A stretch of 64,000 bases of DNA from Callorhinchus milii (Eukaryota). Position numbers and translations under genes: made by a program. The stretch spans positions 51,338,001 to 51,402,000 of the forward strand of contig NW_024704742.1 in assembly GCF_018977255.1 (NCBI RefSeq), given 5' to 3'. The notes under the pieces were generated by a model, which worked only from the letters and a program-made list of their open reading frames with translations, had not been told where the DNA came from and did not search any database. Shown here piece after piece: positions 12,270-51,657 of the stretch (positions are counted from its first letter, which is position 1; each line of letters begins with the position of its first letter).

Positions 12270-13459
12270 TTTCCTTCTATGCTCAGCAGTGTTCACTCTG
12301 ACAGTAATTATCAACTCATTGCCTTTATCTGAAAGGTCTTGTTTTATTAACATCTTCCTGTTTACATATTTCACTGGTTTGTGAATGGCTCCATCTAGCT
12401 ACGCATTGCAAATCTCCAACCCTGTGTGAGAGGAACCTACGCATATGCACTTTGAACTTGCCCAAGGTTTCGCCCTGCCTAGAATTGAGCTCAGGTCTCT
12501 CACTTGCAAAGCGAGAGCTCTAACCAGTGAGCTACAGGACTCCACGCTTGCGGGAGATGGGGGCTTGCTACATTTTAGTTTCTTTAGGATTACTTGTTCT
12601 ATTCCAGCAATCTCCCTTCTGGTCATTTAAGTGGATGTTTTTGTCCCCAACAATTCAGGCTGGTTTGGGCTACTCTTAATAATAATAATATTTTTTGCAT
12701 TTGGAATAGCCTTTCCTTTCACGTCGGAAGGACGTCCCAAAACGCTTCACAGGATTTACTGTGAAGTGCCTTGTATTTATGGGAAAACTAAGCAGCTAAT
12801 TTGCACACAGAAATGTCCCACACAGCCATGCAGTGAATTTAATTTTTAAATAAATACTTATGCTTAGACTTAACACATTCTTTGCTGGTCTTTCTAGCTC
12901 CACCATTCAAATCTACAATTCATCCAAAACTAATTTCAGACATTATATGATACACAGAAACTTAGATATTAAAAGCTGGGCTATCCCCTCTGTCCGAAAA
13001 ATAAAATTTGACAACTTTTAACTTGCTGTTTTTTGTGGCTTCATTTTTTAAAACCCTTTCCAAGTCCAATTGTGCTTGAAGATTTTAGAAAGACCTCTGT
13101 TGATGTTATTAAACATGGAAAGTCACCTCTCTGGGCTCATTAACTGGATGCTGGCCTGACTGGTTAATTCAGCATCACCTGAATAGGCTTTCCAGATACA
13201 TATGGCATGATTTCTTCTTGTGCTCAGGCACTGACACTTTGGCCAATCTAAAGTGGGAGGGCCCAACCTTGACTGTGGAACAAGATTGTTTATTTTACTC
13301 CTTGCAAAACTATAGCATTGACAAAGCTTCACTGAATTTATTGCAGTGGTGATAGCAACAACTGTTCAGGTGGTTACAAAGCAATTAAAGTGGCAGGTTG
13401 GAGTACAGTTGAAATCCTCTAGCACTGATACACAAATATTTACTCAGAATAAAAGTCAC

Positions 13460-14225
13460 AGCAACAACAAAATTACATTTGCAAAGCACCTTTCACGTCA
13501 AGGCACTGAACTGTCAGGGATCAAGACCTGAGCGTGGGGGGCAGGGTTGGGATGAGGGAGGGCTGAGGGGGTAGGAGGGCAGCTGAAGGCATGGTCAAAA
13601 AGTAGGGTCTTGAGTCACGCCTTGAAGGAGACAACAGAGGGAGCAAGCCAAAGGGATAGTGGGATGGAGTTTCAAAGAGTGTGACAGAGAAGCTGAAAGC
13701 CCAGCCACGATGGTAGGGCGGGTCAGGCAGGAGACCTGGAGCAGGCCAGAGCCTGTTGAATGGAGGGAGTGAACATGTTGATAGGGGTTGAACAGGTCAG
13801 AGAGGTAGGAGGGGGTAAGGCCATGGGGGAACCTTGGAAAGTGAGAATGAGGATTTTGAATTCTAAGCTCTGAGGGATGGGGAGCCAGTGGAGCCGGGGC
13901 TGATGGGGTCCCGGAGCCTGATGCGGGAGGAAACAAGCTGCAGAGTTCTGGATGATCTGCAACTTGTGGAGGGAAAAGTTGGGGAGGTTGACGAGGAGGG
14001 AGTTTCTGTAGTCAAACCTTGAGGTATGAATGGTGTATGAGGATTTTGGTGGCCTGAGGGGTGAGGCAAGCGGCGGAGTCGGGCAATGTTGTAGAGGTGG
14101 GGGAAGGCAGAGCCGGTCATGGCCTGAACCATTCAAGGACAGAACCTTGAAGGTTGAGGTGAGAGGCGGTGGAGGAGGATGGAGTGGTCCACGGTGTCAA
14201 AGGCAGCAGAGATCGAGGAGAACGA
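13460..14225 (-). mobile_element. L2 LINE fragment (left arm of a fold-back)
   Basis: SRFDYRNSLLVNLP...LQIIQNSAA...LHWLP in ORF 13723-14136. Confidence 0.85.
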
Positions 14226-14247
14226 GGTGCACCTCAGCACCTCAGGC

Positions 14248-14555
14248 ACGGGCTTTCAGCCGCTCTGCTCCCACTCTTTGGAACTCCATCCACTATCCCT
14301 TTGCCTTGCTCTCTCTCGTCTCCTTCAAGGCACGACTCAAGACCCTCCTTTTTGACCATGCCTTCAGCCGCCCTTCAGGACCCAAGCATGGAGGGCATGG
14401 TTGAGATGAGGGAGGGCTGAGGGGTAGAACCCCCTCAGCAGTCCCTCATCCCAACCATGCCCCCCATGCTCGGGTCCTGATCCCTGACTGTTCAGTGCCT
14501 TGGGACGTCCTCCCGACGTGAAAGGTGCTTTACAAATGTAATTTTGTTGTTGCTG
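14248..14555 (+). mobile_element. Inverted copy of the L2 3' end (right arm of the fold-back)
   Basis: RAFSRSAPTLWNSI..FKARLKTLLF; tail present. Confidence 0.85.
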
Positions 14556-15212
14556 TGACTCTTATTCTGTGTAAGAATATTTGTATTCTTACCTACATTT
14601 GGAAATTCCCATTTTTGGAATAAAATACGCCCATGAAAGTAATGTAGATTGTGAAAACTGTAGAAAGTAATCTTTCAAATAATAATAGTCCTTGGATTGA
14701 TATGTCTCAAAGTGCTTCACAGAATATACTGTAAGTCGATTAACTCTATTTTATGGACGAAACACAGCAGCCAATATCCACAGCAGTGTCTCACAAACAG
14801 TTTTGGATTGATTTAGCAAATTCCTGCTTGATCATCAACTTTATGATGGTCTTGAGTCTAAGATCATGAGAAATTTCAAGCCTCAAGTACATGATGTAAA
14901 AATGTTCGTTTCCATATTCAGAGCAGAATATATTATTTTTGTATCAAGATCAAACTACATTTGAACCATGAGAATGACTGCACCTAAATTTACTTTTATT
15001 CATTGTTCAATGACTGAAAACTGTTTACTTTAACTAAACTCATTTATCAGGGTAGTTTATCGAATCTTACTTGAAGTTGTTATTCCTGTTTTTCTCCACA
15101 CCCATAGTAAATAAATGGTTTGAATTTTAAGACAAAGGTGTTTAGATTTATTGAAAATTCCCAAAACGTATGATTATACATCTTTAAGGTTGTTCTAAAA
15201 CCTTTGTTTGTA

Positions 15213-15553
15213 GAGTCCCATAACTTAGTGGTTAGAGTACTCGCCTTGCCAGCAAGAGGACCCGGGTTCAGGTCCTGGGGGGGCAAAATTTCACACGCCT
15301 GTTTACCCGGCAGTAAGGAGGAACCTGCTTGTTAGTTGATTGGTGGATTGCTTTCTGGAAGTTATAGTCCCTCCAAAAAAAATGTGGTCACGCAATCCAC
15401 AACTGTTTGTGGGACACTGCTGTGCGCAATTGGCTGCCGCAATCGCCCCACAAAATACCCCACAAAATTCACTTTAACAATATATTCCGTGAAGCGCTTC
15501 GTGATGTGTCAACGACATGCTAAGGTGCTGTATCAAATGCAAGGCTTATTATT
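15213..15553 (+). mobile_element. Older, longer subfamily copy of the tRNA SINE
   Basis: Diverged head, extra CCTGTTTACC..GTAAGGAGGAACC segment, Deu-like core. Confidence 0.82.
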
Positions 15554-16309
15554 ACAAAATACCAAAATACATTCTAAAATGCTTTATAAAATGTGTGTAA
15601 CTGGTAACACCATGTAAATAAATAATTGCCGTCCCATGCATATGGAATGCACCATTTGTCCCATTACATGTATGTAATATGAGATTGCAAGTAAAGCCAA
15701 AAGCTCCTACCAGCCACTGCGGGAACTGAAACAACTACATGATGGTACTTAAGATATAAACATTGATGTAAGTACCTCATGTGATCATAGAAACTTATCT
15801 GTTAACCCCTATTGCAGTCTTTTAACACCCTATGGTCTTAACTGCTCCGCCTTTCCCCACCTCTGCAACATTGCCTGGTTCCGCCACTGTCTCACCTCTC
15901 CTGATCCCAACCACCAGCTCGGGTGCGGATCCCTGACCTTCCAGCGTCCTGGGACGTCCTCCTGACGTTAAAGGCCCCGTACAAATGTAATTTGTTGTTG
16001 TTGTTGTTGTAGACCTTAACTCCTATTGCAGAGCATTTTAAAGCATCAATATCCTTACTACTGGGGCTCCACTGACTCCCTGTCGCCAAATGGATTGAGT
16101 TCCAGGTCCTCGCCCTGACATCTGAAGCCTCCGCCCCCGCACCCCCCGGTCTCCCTGACCGCCTCTCTGCCCCACCACCTCCCCCCCCCCCTCAGGCCGC
16201 CGAGACCCTCATTGATACTTTCATCGCATCGAGGCTTAAGCTGCACTAACCCCCGGCACCACAACACACAGACTGCCATCTCCCCCCAACACCGGGACTG
16301 GAGCTGGAC

Positions 16310-16820
16310 CGCCCCGCCCGGCCCTGAGCCCCGGCACTGAGCCCCGGCCCCGAGCCCCGCCACTGGGTCCCGGCACTGAGCCCCGCCACTGAGCCCCGGC
16401 CCTGAGCCCCGGCCCTCGGCCTGAGCCCCGGCACTGAGCCCCGCCACTGAGCCCCGGCACTGAGCCCCGGCACTGAGCCCCGGCCCTGAGCCCTGAGCCC
16501 CGGCACTGAGCCCCGGCACTGGGTCCCGGCACTGAGCCCCGGCACTGAGCCCCGCCCCCGGCACTGAGCCCCGGCACTGAGCCCCGCCACTGAGTCCCGG
16601 CACTGAGCCCCGCCACTGAGCCCCGGCACTGAGCCCCGCCACTGAGCCCCGGCACTGAGCCCCGCCCGGCACTGACCCTGAGCCCCGCCCCCCGACACTG
16701 GGCCCCGGCACTGGGTCCCGGCACTGACCCTGAGCCCCGCCCCCCGACACTGAGCCCCGGCACTGAGCCCCGGCCCTGGGTCCCGACACTGGGTCCCGGC
16801 ACTGACCCTGAGCCCCGAGT
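16310..16820. repeat. GC-rich minisatellite, unit about 13 nt (GGCACTGAGCCCC) with variants
   Basis: Directly visible tandem array. Confidence 0.95.
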
Positions 16821-17020
16821 CCCGCGACGCCCCGCACTTGCCGCGCTGTGGCCTCCCGCGCGTGCGCACAAGCTGCAGCCCGCAGGCTGCCAACAGACAA
16901 CCACACCGCGGGGCATGTTGGGAAATGGCAGCCGGCGCGGCGGGAAAGACGCTTCGCCGCGCGGTGAGAGGGCCCCGACCTCAGCCCCGACTCCGACCCC
17001 GGCCCCGGCACCGGCCTCAC
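16820..17020. promoter_or_regulatory. Bidirectional CpG-island promoter shared by OCIAD2 and CWH43
   Basis: The only CpG-rich unique sequence between the divergent genes. NRF1-like CGCGCGTGCGCA at 16857-16868 and ZNF143-like GCATGTTGGGAA at 16913-16924; outward-facing donors on both strands. Confidence 0.7.
16900..16963 (+). other. CWH43: Probable first exon of CWH43 (start approximate)
   Basis: Lies in the CpG island and ends at a GCG/GTGAGA donor at 16963/16964. The first coding exon has an acceptor, so an upstream exon is required. Confidence 0.6.
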
Positions 17021-17623
17021 TGTCTGTCACTGGCACTGTCACCACCGTCACTCTGTCTGTCACTGTGTGTGTGACTGTGTGTGTGTGTCACTGTCTGTCA
17101 CTGTGTGTGTGTCTGTCACTGTGTGTGTGACTGTGTGTGTGTCTGTCGCTGTATCTGTGACTGTGTGTGTGTCTGTCACTGTATCTGTGACTGTGTGTGT
17201 GTCTGTCACTGTGTGTGTGACTGTGTGTCACTGTCTGTCACTGTATCTGTGACTGTGTGTGTGTCTGTTGCTGTGACTGTGTGTGTGTCTGTCGCTGTGA
17301 CTGTGTGTGTGTCTGTTGCTGTGACTGTGTGTGTGTCTGTCACTGTGTGTGTGACTGTGTGTCACTGTATCTGTGACTGTGTGTGTGTCTGTCACTGTAT
17401 CTGTGACTGTGTGTGTGTCTGTTGCTGTGACTGTGTGTGTGTCTGTTGCTGTGACTGTGACTGTGTGTGTGTCTGTCACAGTATCTGTGACTGTGTGTGT
17501 GTCTGTCACTGTATCTGTGACTGTGTGTGTGTCTGTCACTGTATCTGTGACTGTGTGTGTGTCTGTCGCTGTATCTGTGACTGTGTGTGTGTCTGTCACT
17601 GTATCTGTGACTGTGTGTGTGTG
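17018..17623. repeat. (TG)-rich compound repeat, higher-order unit about 30 nt (GTCACTGTATCTGTGACTGTGTGTGTGTCT)
   Basis: Directly visible tandem array. Confidence 0.95.
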
Positions 17624-17895
17624 TTAAGGTAAGTTAACAATACAGTGTTTGGCATCGTGGGAATGGGTGGTGGTAAAACAGTACAGGGAAGGAATTGAAC
17701 CCTCCAATCTATAATAGCCCTGGGCCCCCATCAAGCTTTATCCGAGCCCTCTCCTCACCAGCCTTCACTGGCTCCCCATCCCCCAGAGGATTGAGTTTTA
17801 AGATCCATGTCCTCACATTTAACACCTTCCACAAAATACACAGTTACTACACTTTACAATGTATTCTGTGAAGCGCTTTGAGACGTCTCAATGAC

Positions 17896-18208
17896 GAGTC
17901 CTGTAGCTCAGTGGTTAGAGCACTCGCTTTGCAAGCGAGAGACCTGAGTTCAATTCCAGGCAGAGGGCGAAACCTTGGGCAAGTTTCCTTACTCCACACT
18001 CCTAATAATAATCCCTCCAAAACCAAAAACAATAACAAATCGGTCATTTTCAATCTACGACTGTTTGTGGGACATTGCTGTGCACAATTGGCTGCCGCAT
18101 TCGCCCACAAATATACAGTCAATTCACTTTACAGTGTCTTCTGTGAAGCGCTTTGAGAAGTCCTCCCGACGTGAAAAGCGCTACATCAACTGCAAGGATT
18201 ATTATTAT
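17896..18208 (+). mobile_element. tRNA-Ala SINE, full length, inserted in the tail of an older SINE (about 17830-17895)
   Basis: Near-identical to 11238-11559. Confidence 0.92.
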
Positions 18209-18766
18209 GAAGTCTAAATCCATAATCTTCTGACGCAGTGGTGAGAGTGATCACCCAAATTGACATTAAAAAGGAGAGACTGATCGACACTTGTATTTTA
18301 CAATACAAGTTTGCATTTATTTCACGTGGAGAGGATGTCCCAAAGCACTTGACACTGCTGCCTCTGACAGACCTAATAGGTTTCATTCATTGCAAAGCTG
18401 TCAAGCCCTGCTCATTAGAATTGCCAAGGAGTTAGTTTGTATGATAACGTTGTGAAAAATAATTAATAGATTTATGTTTAAATGGGTTTGGCAACCCATC
18501 GATATCACAAATATTCCTTGGATGTGATGAAAATTTCGTCCAGCGCGTGGTGTTAGTAAATTAAATTGTTTAAAACTGGAAAAGTACTTATAGGACAAAA
18601 GAGGACCATTATAGTGTATGAAGGCTATAATTAGACTACAAGTGCTAATATATTCATACATATTGAAGTATAATTAAATATTTACATAAATATGTACTTT
18701 ATTAGGAATGTAACTTATAAATTTAGCCTGGCTCAGTTGGTAGCACTCTCGTCTCCGAGTGGGAAG

Positions 18767-19000
18767 CATAGGCGGCAGGTGAAATTATTTGGGGAGGCTG
18801 AGTGTCCAGGCCTCTTTAAGACAATTGCAGCCTGGATGCCAGCACCAAGAGGTCCATTGGAGTCTACGTGGGTGGGGTGTGGAGGGGACATCCTTAAGAC
18901 TGGCACGAAACAAGCGCAGAAGGAAGGTGAAGTGGTCTTAAAGGTTTGAGCTTTAGGTAGATTTGGGGGGCTCAGCTTCATCTAGCCTGAGCCAGCCATG
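18767..19000. mobile_element. Candidate non-autonomous hAT-type MITE inserted in an old SINE
   Basis: Ends CATAGGC...GCCATG; flanking 8-mers GTGGGAAG and GTCATAAG (decayed TSD); the host SINE head resumes after 19000. Confidence 0.45.
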
Positions 19001-19149
19001 GTCATAAGATTGTGGGTTTAATCCCCCTCCGGACTTTCATCTCACAGTCTAAGATGACTCTCGAATAGTGTTGGGTGAATGCGTAGCTGCAGCTGCCGTC
19101 CTTCAGGTGAGAAGTTAAATCAAAGTTCTGCCTGTTCAGATGATAACAC

Positions 19150-20224
19150 GGGTAAACTTCCACATGTATGCGGATGACACACAAATCTACTGGAGTCCTG
19201 TAGCTCAGTGGCGCCTTGGGACGTCCTCCCGACGTGAAAGGCGCTCTATAAATGGAATCTTGTTGTTGTTGTTGTGGTTAGAGCACTTGCTTTGCAAGTG
19301 AGTAGACTTGGGTTCAATTCCAGGCAGAGTGAAACCTTGGGCAAGTTTCCTTACTCCACACAGAGCCTAATAATAATCCCTCCAAAACCAAAACAATAAT
19401 AAATTGGTCATTTTCAATCCACGACTGTTTGTGGGACATTGCTGTGCGCAATTGGCTGCCGCGTTCGCCCACAAATATACAGTCACTTCACTTTACAGTA
19501 TATTATGTGAAGCGCTTTGGGACGTCCTCCCGACGTGAAAAGCGCTATATCAAATGCAAGGATTATTATTATTATTACTTCTCCAGCTGCAACTTGAGGT
19601 CTGCCAATGTTCTCTCGGCTTTTCTGGCAGACATCAGGGCCTAGCTCCACCATGCATAAGATAATAATATAATAAAAATAATCCTTGCATTTGATATAGT
19701 GCTGTTCACGTCCTCTAGATGTCTCAAAGCGCTTCACAGAATGTGCTGTAAAGTGAATTGACCGTGTATTTTGTGGGCGAACCAGCTGATCCAAAACTCT
19801 GCAGCCCGTGTACTCACCTGTACTAAACTTCGTACCCCCATCACACAGTTCTAGTCAGGCTCCACTGACTCCCTATTGTCAAACAGATTGATTTCAAGAT
19901 CCTCATGCTCATTTTTAAATCCCTTCATGCCCTGGCACCTCCCTACATTTCCGATCTGCTTAACCCACAACCCACTACTCGCTGCCTCCACTCGATTGGC
20001 TCCGACCTTCTACGTGTCCCTAGTGCCACTACCTCTGGAACACTCTTCCTCTATCCCTCTGCCTTGCCCCTTCCTTCCTCATCTTCATGTCATGCCTAAA
20101 GACCTTCCTCTTCGACCATGTCTACGGTCACCTCCCCCTGGCTCGGCATTGCGCACCACCACTGTCAAGCGCTCTGGAACATTACTCTGCATGAGGGGCA
20201 CTCTATAAATGCAAGTTGTTGTTG
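19150..20224 (+). mobile_element. Decayed L2 interrupted by SINE insertions
   Basis: FHMYADDTQIY at about 19158-19190; 3' part at 19783-20224 with tail. Confidence 0.75.
19192..19578 (+). mobile_element. tRNA-Ala SINE interrupted at the A box by an L2 tail
   Basis: Head 19192-19211, insert, then resumes at 19278. Confidence 0.9.
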
Positions 20225-20393
20225 ATATTTAATATTGCATGGCACCACTCGAAAGGAAAAGAGAATTTTTCCTGGTTTTCTGGTCTGCTGTATTTGCCTA
20301 CAAAAAACTCAGTCACTATACTTTACAGTAAGTCCTGTGAAGTGCTTTTTGATGTTCTAATGTGAAAGGCACCATACCAATTGCAAGGATTAT

Positions 20394-20760
20394 AACAACA
20401 AATTACATTTGTACAGCGTCTGTCACGTCGGGAGGACGTCCCAAGGCGCTAGACAGTCAGGAGTTTGGACACGAGCAGTTGGGATCAGGAGCGGTGGAGG
20501 GATGGTAGGGGTAGGAGAGTGGCTGAATAGGAGAGTCTTGAGATGTGCCTCGAAGGAGACGAGGGAGCAAGGTGAAGTGACTGTGGGATGGAGTTACAAA
20601 GAGTGGGGCCAGAGAGGCTGAAGACCCGACCGCCGATAGTGGGATGGGCTGGGCGAGGAACATGGAGCAGGCTGCTGAGCAGAAGGAACGGACAGGTTGA
20701 TATGGTGTTAGCAGGTCACAGAGTTAGGAAGAGGCAAAGTCGTGAAGGGCTGTGAAGGCT
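20394..20760 (-). mobile_element. L2 LINE 3' fragment
   Basis: Conserved tail hairpin on the reverse strand. Confidence 0.8.
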
Positions 20761-20852
20761 TTGAATGCATTATAATTATGAAATGTTTCATACCATATTT
20801 CTTAAGCAAATTAGGTTCTACGTCTTGGTTTTGCAAATTTATTATTGTGCTT

Positions 20853-21100
20853 ATAATAATGATCCTTGCATTTGATATAGAGCTTTTTCACGTCTTCTAG
20901 ACGTCTCAAAAGCACTCCACAGAGTATACTGTAAAGTTAGTTGACTGTATATTTGTGGGTGAAACGCGACAGCCAATTGCACACAGCAGTGTCCCACAAA
21001 CAGTCATGGATTGAAGTGACCAATTTTATTGCTTTTTTTTTTCTTGAGGGATTATTATGAGACGTGTGGAGTAAGGAAACTTGCCCAAGGTTTCGCCCTG
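20853..21100 (-). mobile_element. SINE, head missing
   Basis: Core and tail on the reverse strand. Confidence 0.85.
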
Positions 21101-23559
21101 TTTTACACGAACAAAGTCCAAAGTCAGGTATTGTCTCATTAGATTAAACACAAAGGACCTGGGAAGTTGGAGCATTAATTTATTCATCAAATCAATAAGT
21201 TTAGTGTGAGAGACATTCATGGGATTCATATTTAATCAATTATTTATGGAGACGAAACTAGGGCAGGTAATAGTGAGAGGTTAGAGCCAGCATTCCCTGA
21301 TGTTGCCAGCGAGTGCATAGCTATTTCAGAATCATTGTAAATCACTGGCCAAGCCTCTTAGCAAATTTGCATCCAATAATGGTCCTATCAAGTTCATAAT
21401 CTTAATGCTCCAATGCAGTTCTGGTGGAATCCTGAATTGTTAGAGGTACCATTGTTTGGATGAGCCTTTAAACTGAGGTCCCGTCTATAATAATCCTTGA
21501 ATTTGATATAGCCCTTATCACTTCGTTGAGACGTCTCAAAGCGCTTGACGGAATTGTATTATAAAGCGGGTTAACTATTTTGTGGGTGAAATGCGGCAGC
21601 CAATTGCGCACAATTGTTTGTTTTCGCAATTGAACACGACTGTCTGGGCAGATGTTAAAAATCCCATGGCGCGGTTTGAAAAGAGAAGGGAGTTTCTCCT
21701 GGTGTCCTGGCCCACAATCCCTCCAGGTAAATTGGTCATTAACCTCATGAGTGCTTGGGTAGCCCATTGCTATTACTTGGCAGCTGCATTTGCCTACAAA
21801 TATAGTCACCACAGAACACTGAAACCCCTTCAAGGGTTTGATGTAATATGTGCTATAAAAAGGCAAAGATTATCACTGTCACTGCATTTAAACCCGATGA
21901 TTACGTTGGGTTGGCTTGTAACATACAAGGCAACTAAACGTGATCATTGGGTTGAAATGCACAATACAAAAAATCACCTTTAAATTCAGTCACAGGTGAA
22001 TGGACTCTGCAAACTCACTGCACTGAGTTGGCTCCAATGATTTGGTCTTTCTATTGTGCAGTGTGCAGGGCAGATCTGGGGATGGGCGAAAAGCCTCCCC
22101 CACCCAAGACTAGCGGTTTTTCATGATGTTTAAATGGAAGTGCAGAAATAAAGTCCCTACGTTTAGTACTATCCTGAATTATATTTGAATAACAGAATTT
22201 TGGGGGGACGTTTCGCCCCCCAAAAATACAAAGACAATTCACTTTACAGTATATTCTGTGAATCACTTTAAGACGTCTCAATGACATGATAAGACGCTAT
22301 ATTAAATGCAAGGATTATTATTATTTTGCTGCTGTCTGTTATATACAATGGAATTTTTTTAAAAAATTGCCTCTCAAGTGACACTGACACATGGAGGCTC
22401 TGATGGATACAGAGAGCCACAGAGGTTTTTTTTTAGGTTTTTTTGAACTTCCCACTGTCTGTAATGATACCAGTATGGTGAGTCTGGCGAGTCTTTACAG
22501 ACAGTGAGAAATTCAAAAAGAATATAAAAACCCTTTGGGCTTCTCTTTACATATTGGAGCCGTGTCTGTCCATGTCAGTCAGTGTTTTTGTGATACTGGC
22601 TGACAGGGATAAACAGGCTCCAAAGGATGCAGAGATTTTTTTTTAAAAAATGATTTGCTGTTGCTTGCAATGATGCTGGCGTAGTGTATCAACCTCATTA
22701 CAGACAGCAGGAAATTCATTACTGTATATACGAAATATGTATAAATGTAGATGTTGATCAATTTGCAGATAAATTTATTAGAAAACATGCACATAGGCTA
22801 TTTTCCTAATTGTGAATCTGTTGTGAATACATTCAGTAAATACTTTGTGCATATGTTTGTATACTCTTTATATAAGTTTTGGACTTGAAATATAGTTAGT
22901 ATGTTAACATTTGACTCTTAGTTTTTAACATTTCATTTTTTTTAATACTTAGCTTTTGTAGTAAAAGGTGTGGGTCAGACCTCTTCATCAGTGATCACCC
23001 CGGCATGCGATGCATTGTGATGCAACAGAATGTACTGCAAAACAAATAAAGGTGAGCAAAGTGAGTGTGTAACCTGACAAAGAGCTGTGATCAGTGTGAG
23101 AGTGAATGTCTATTAATGCCCCAGTGTGGCCTGCAGGCGCGAGGCAACTCCACTTGCAGTTCCAGCCTCTCAGCCTCTCCCACTGCTATAGGAGGTCAAT
23201 GTCTGCAACAGGAGCAACTTACAGCCTCCTGCAGTACTAACACAGCCTTCTCCACTATTACTACGGCCACCTGCAGTACTACCATCGCTTCCTCTAATAT
23301 TACCATAGCCTAATCCAGCTTCCAGCAATAGTTATCTTTCCTGTTGCAATACTCGTATAGACACCGCCAGTTCTACTACATCCTCCTGCAGTAATACTGC
23401 ATCTTACTTTTTTTTAGTGGTTCAGCCCCCTCCAGGACTGGTACAGCCTTCTCCAGTTTAAGTACAACCTCTTCTGCATTCATTCTGATTCTACACTGAC
23501 TACTGGCACTTCTCCCAAACATCATTTAACTTGCAGGCTTGCCTGGAGCGTCGTGGAAT

Positions 23560-51049
<27,490 letters not shown>

Positions 51050-51169
51050 AGCAGGAAAATTAAAAAAATGCATCATTTACAAATATATACACTTCTTTCA
51101 AAAGTATGAAAGAAATGTACATTAATAAGAAAGTTTGGAATGAGGATTTGGCTCTTTAATCATATTGTT

Positions 51170-51291
51170 TCTTGCAGTTGAAATACAAAGTTTTAGTTAA
51201 GTGCAAAAGAGAAAGGAAATTAAGTTGACGTCTTGCAGTTGAAATACAAAGTTTTAGTTAAGTGCAAAAGAGAAAGGAAATTAAGTTGACG
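51170..51291. repeat. Perfect 61-bp tandem duplication in the CWH43 3' UTR
   Basis: 51170-51230 is identical to 51231-51291. Confidence 0.93.
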
Positions 51292-51651
51292 TTAGTTTTT
51301 TGCTGTATCAATAAACAAGATATTTTCTAGTTTTCAAAATCAGAAATGCTAAAAATCCAAACCAAGTTGATCAGCATTTGACAAAGGAAGATAGGTTAAC
51401 GTTTGGAGTTTAATATGATTTAATAATCCTTGGGTATGAGTAATCAATTGACTCAGTGGGACTAGTACAATAAATTAATATTATGTTATTCAGCCCATCC
51501 TAGTGAGAGCCTCTTTCAAAACTTGCAATGTTTTGATTTTACGTTAGCCTAACCCCATATTTGTATGTTCCCTGCTTTACATATACCATCTGATCTTAAC
51601 TGAAATACTGTTCTATTGTACTTTTGTCAAGGTATTCCAGATGTACCTTGC

Positions 51652-51657
51652 AATAAA
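51652..51657 (+). terminator. Candidate CWH43 polyadenylation signal AATAAA (a second one is at 51310-51315)
   Basis: Canonical hexamers downstream of the stop codon with T-rich sequence following; usage not shown. Confidence 0.5.

Noticed and set aside
16058..17063. Gly/Ala-rich minus-strand ORFs of 215-320 aa
   Set aside because: All three frames are open because of the 13-nt minisatellite.
17067..17632. Cys/Val-rich and Thr/His-rich ORFs resembling metallothionein or mucin
   Set aside because: Translation of a TG-rich repeat.
23065..23520. Ser/Thr-rich ORF over CAGCCTCCTGCAGTA-like repeats
   Set aside because: Degenerate low-complexity repeat with no recognisable homology.
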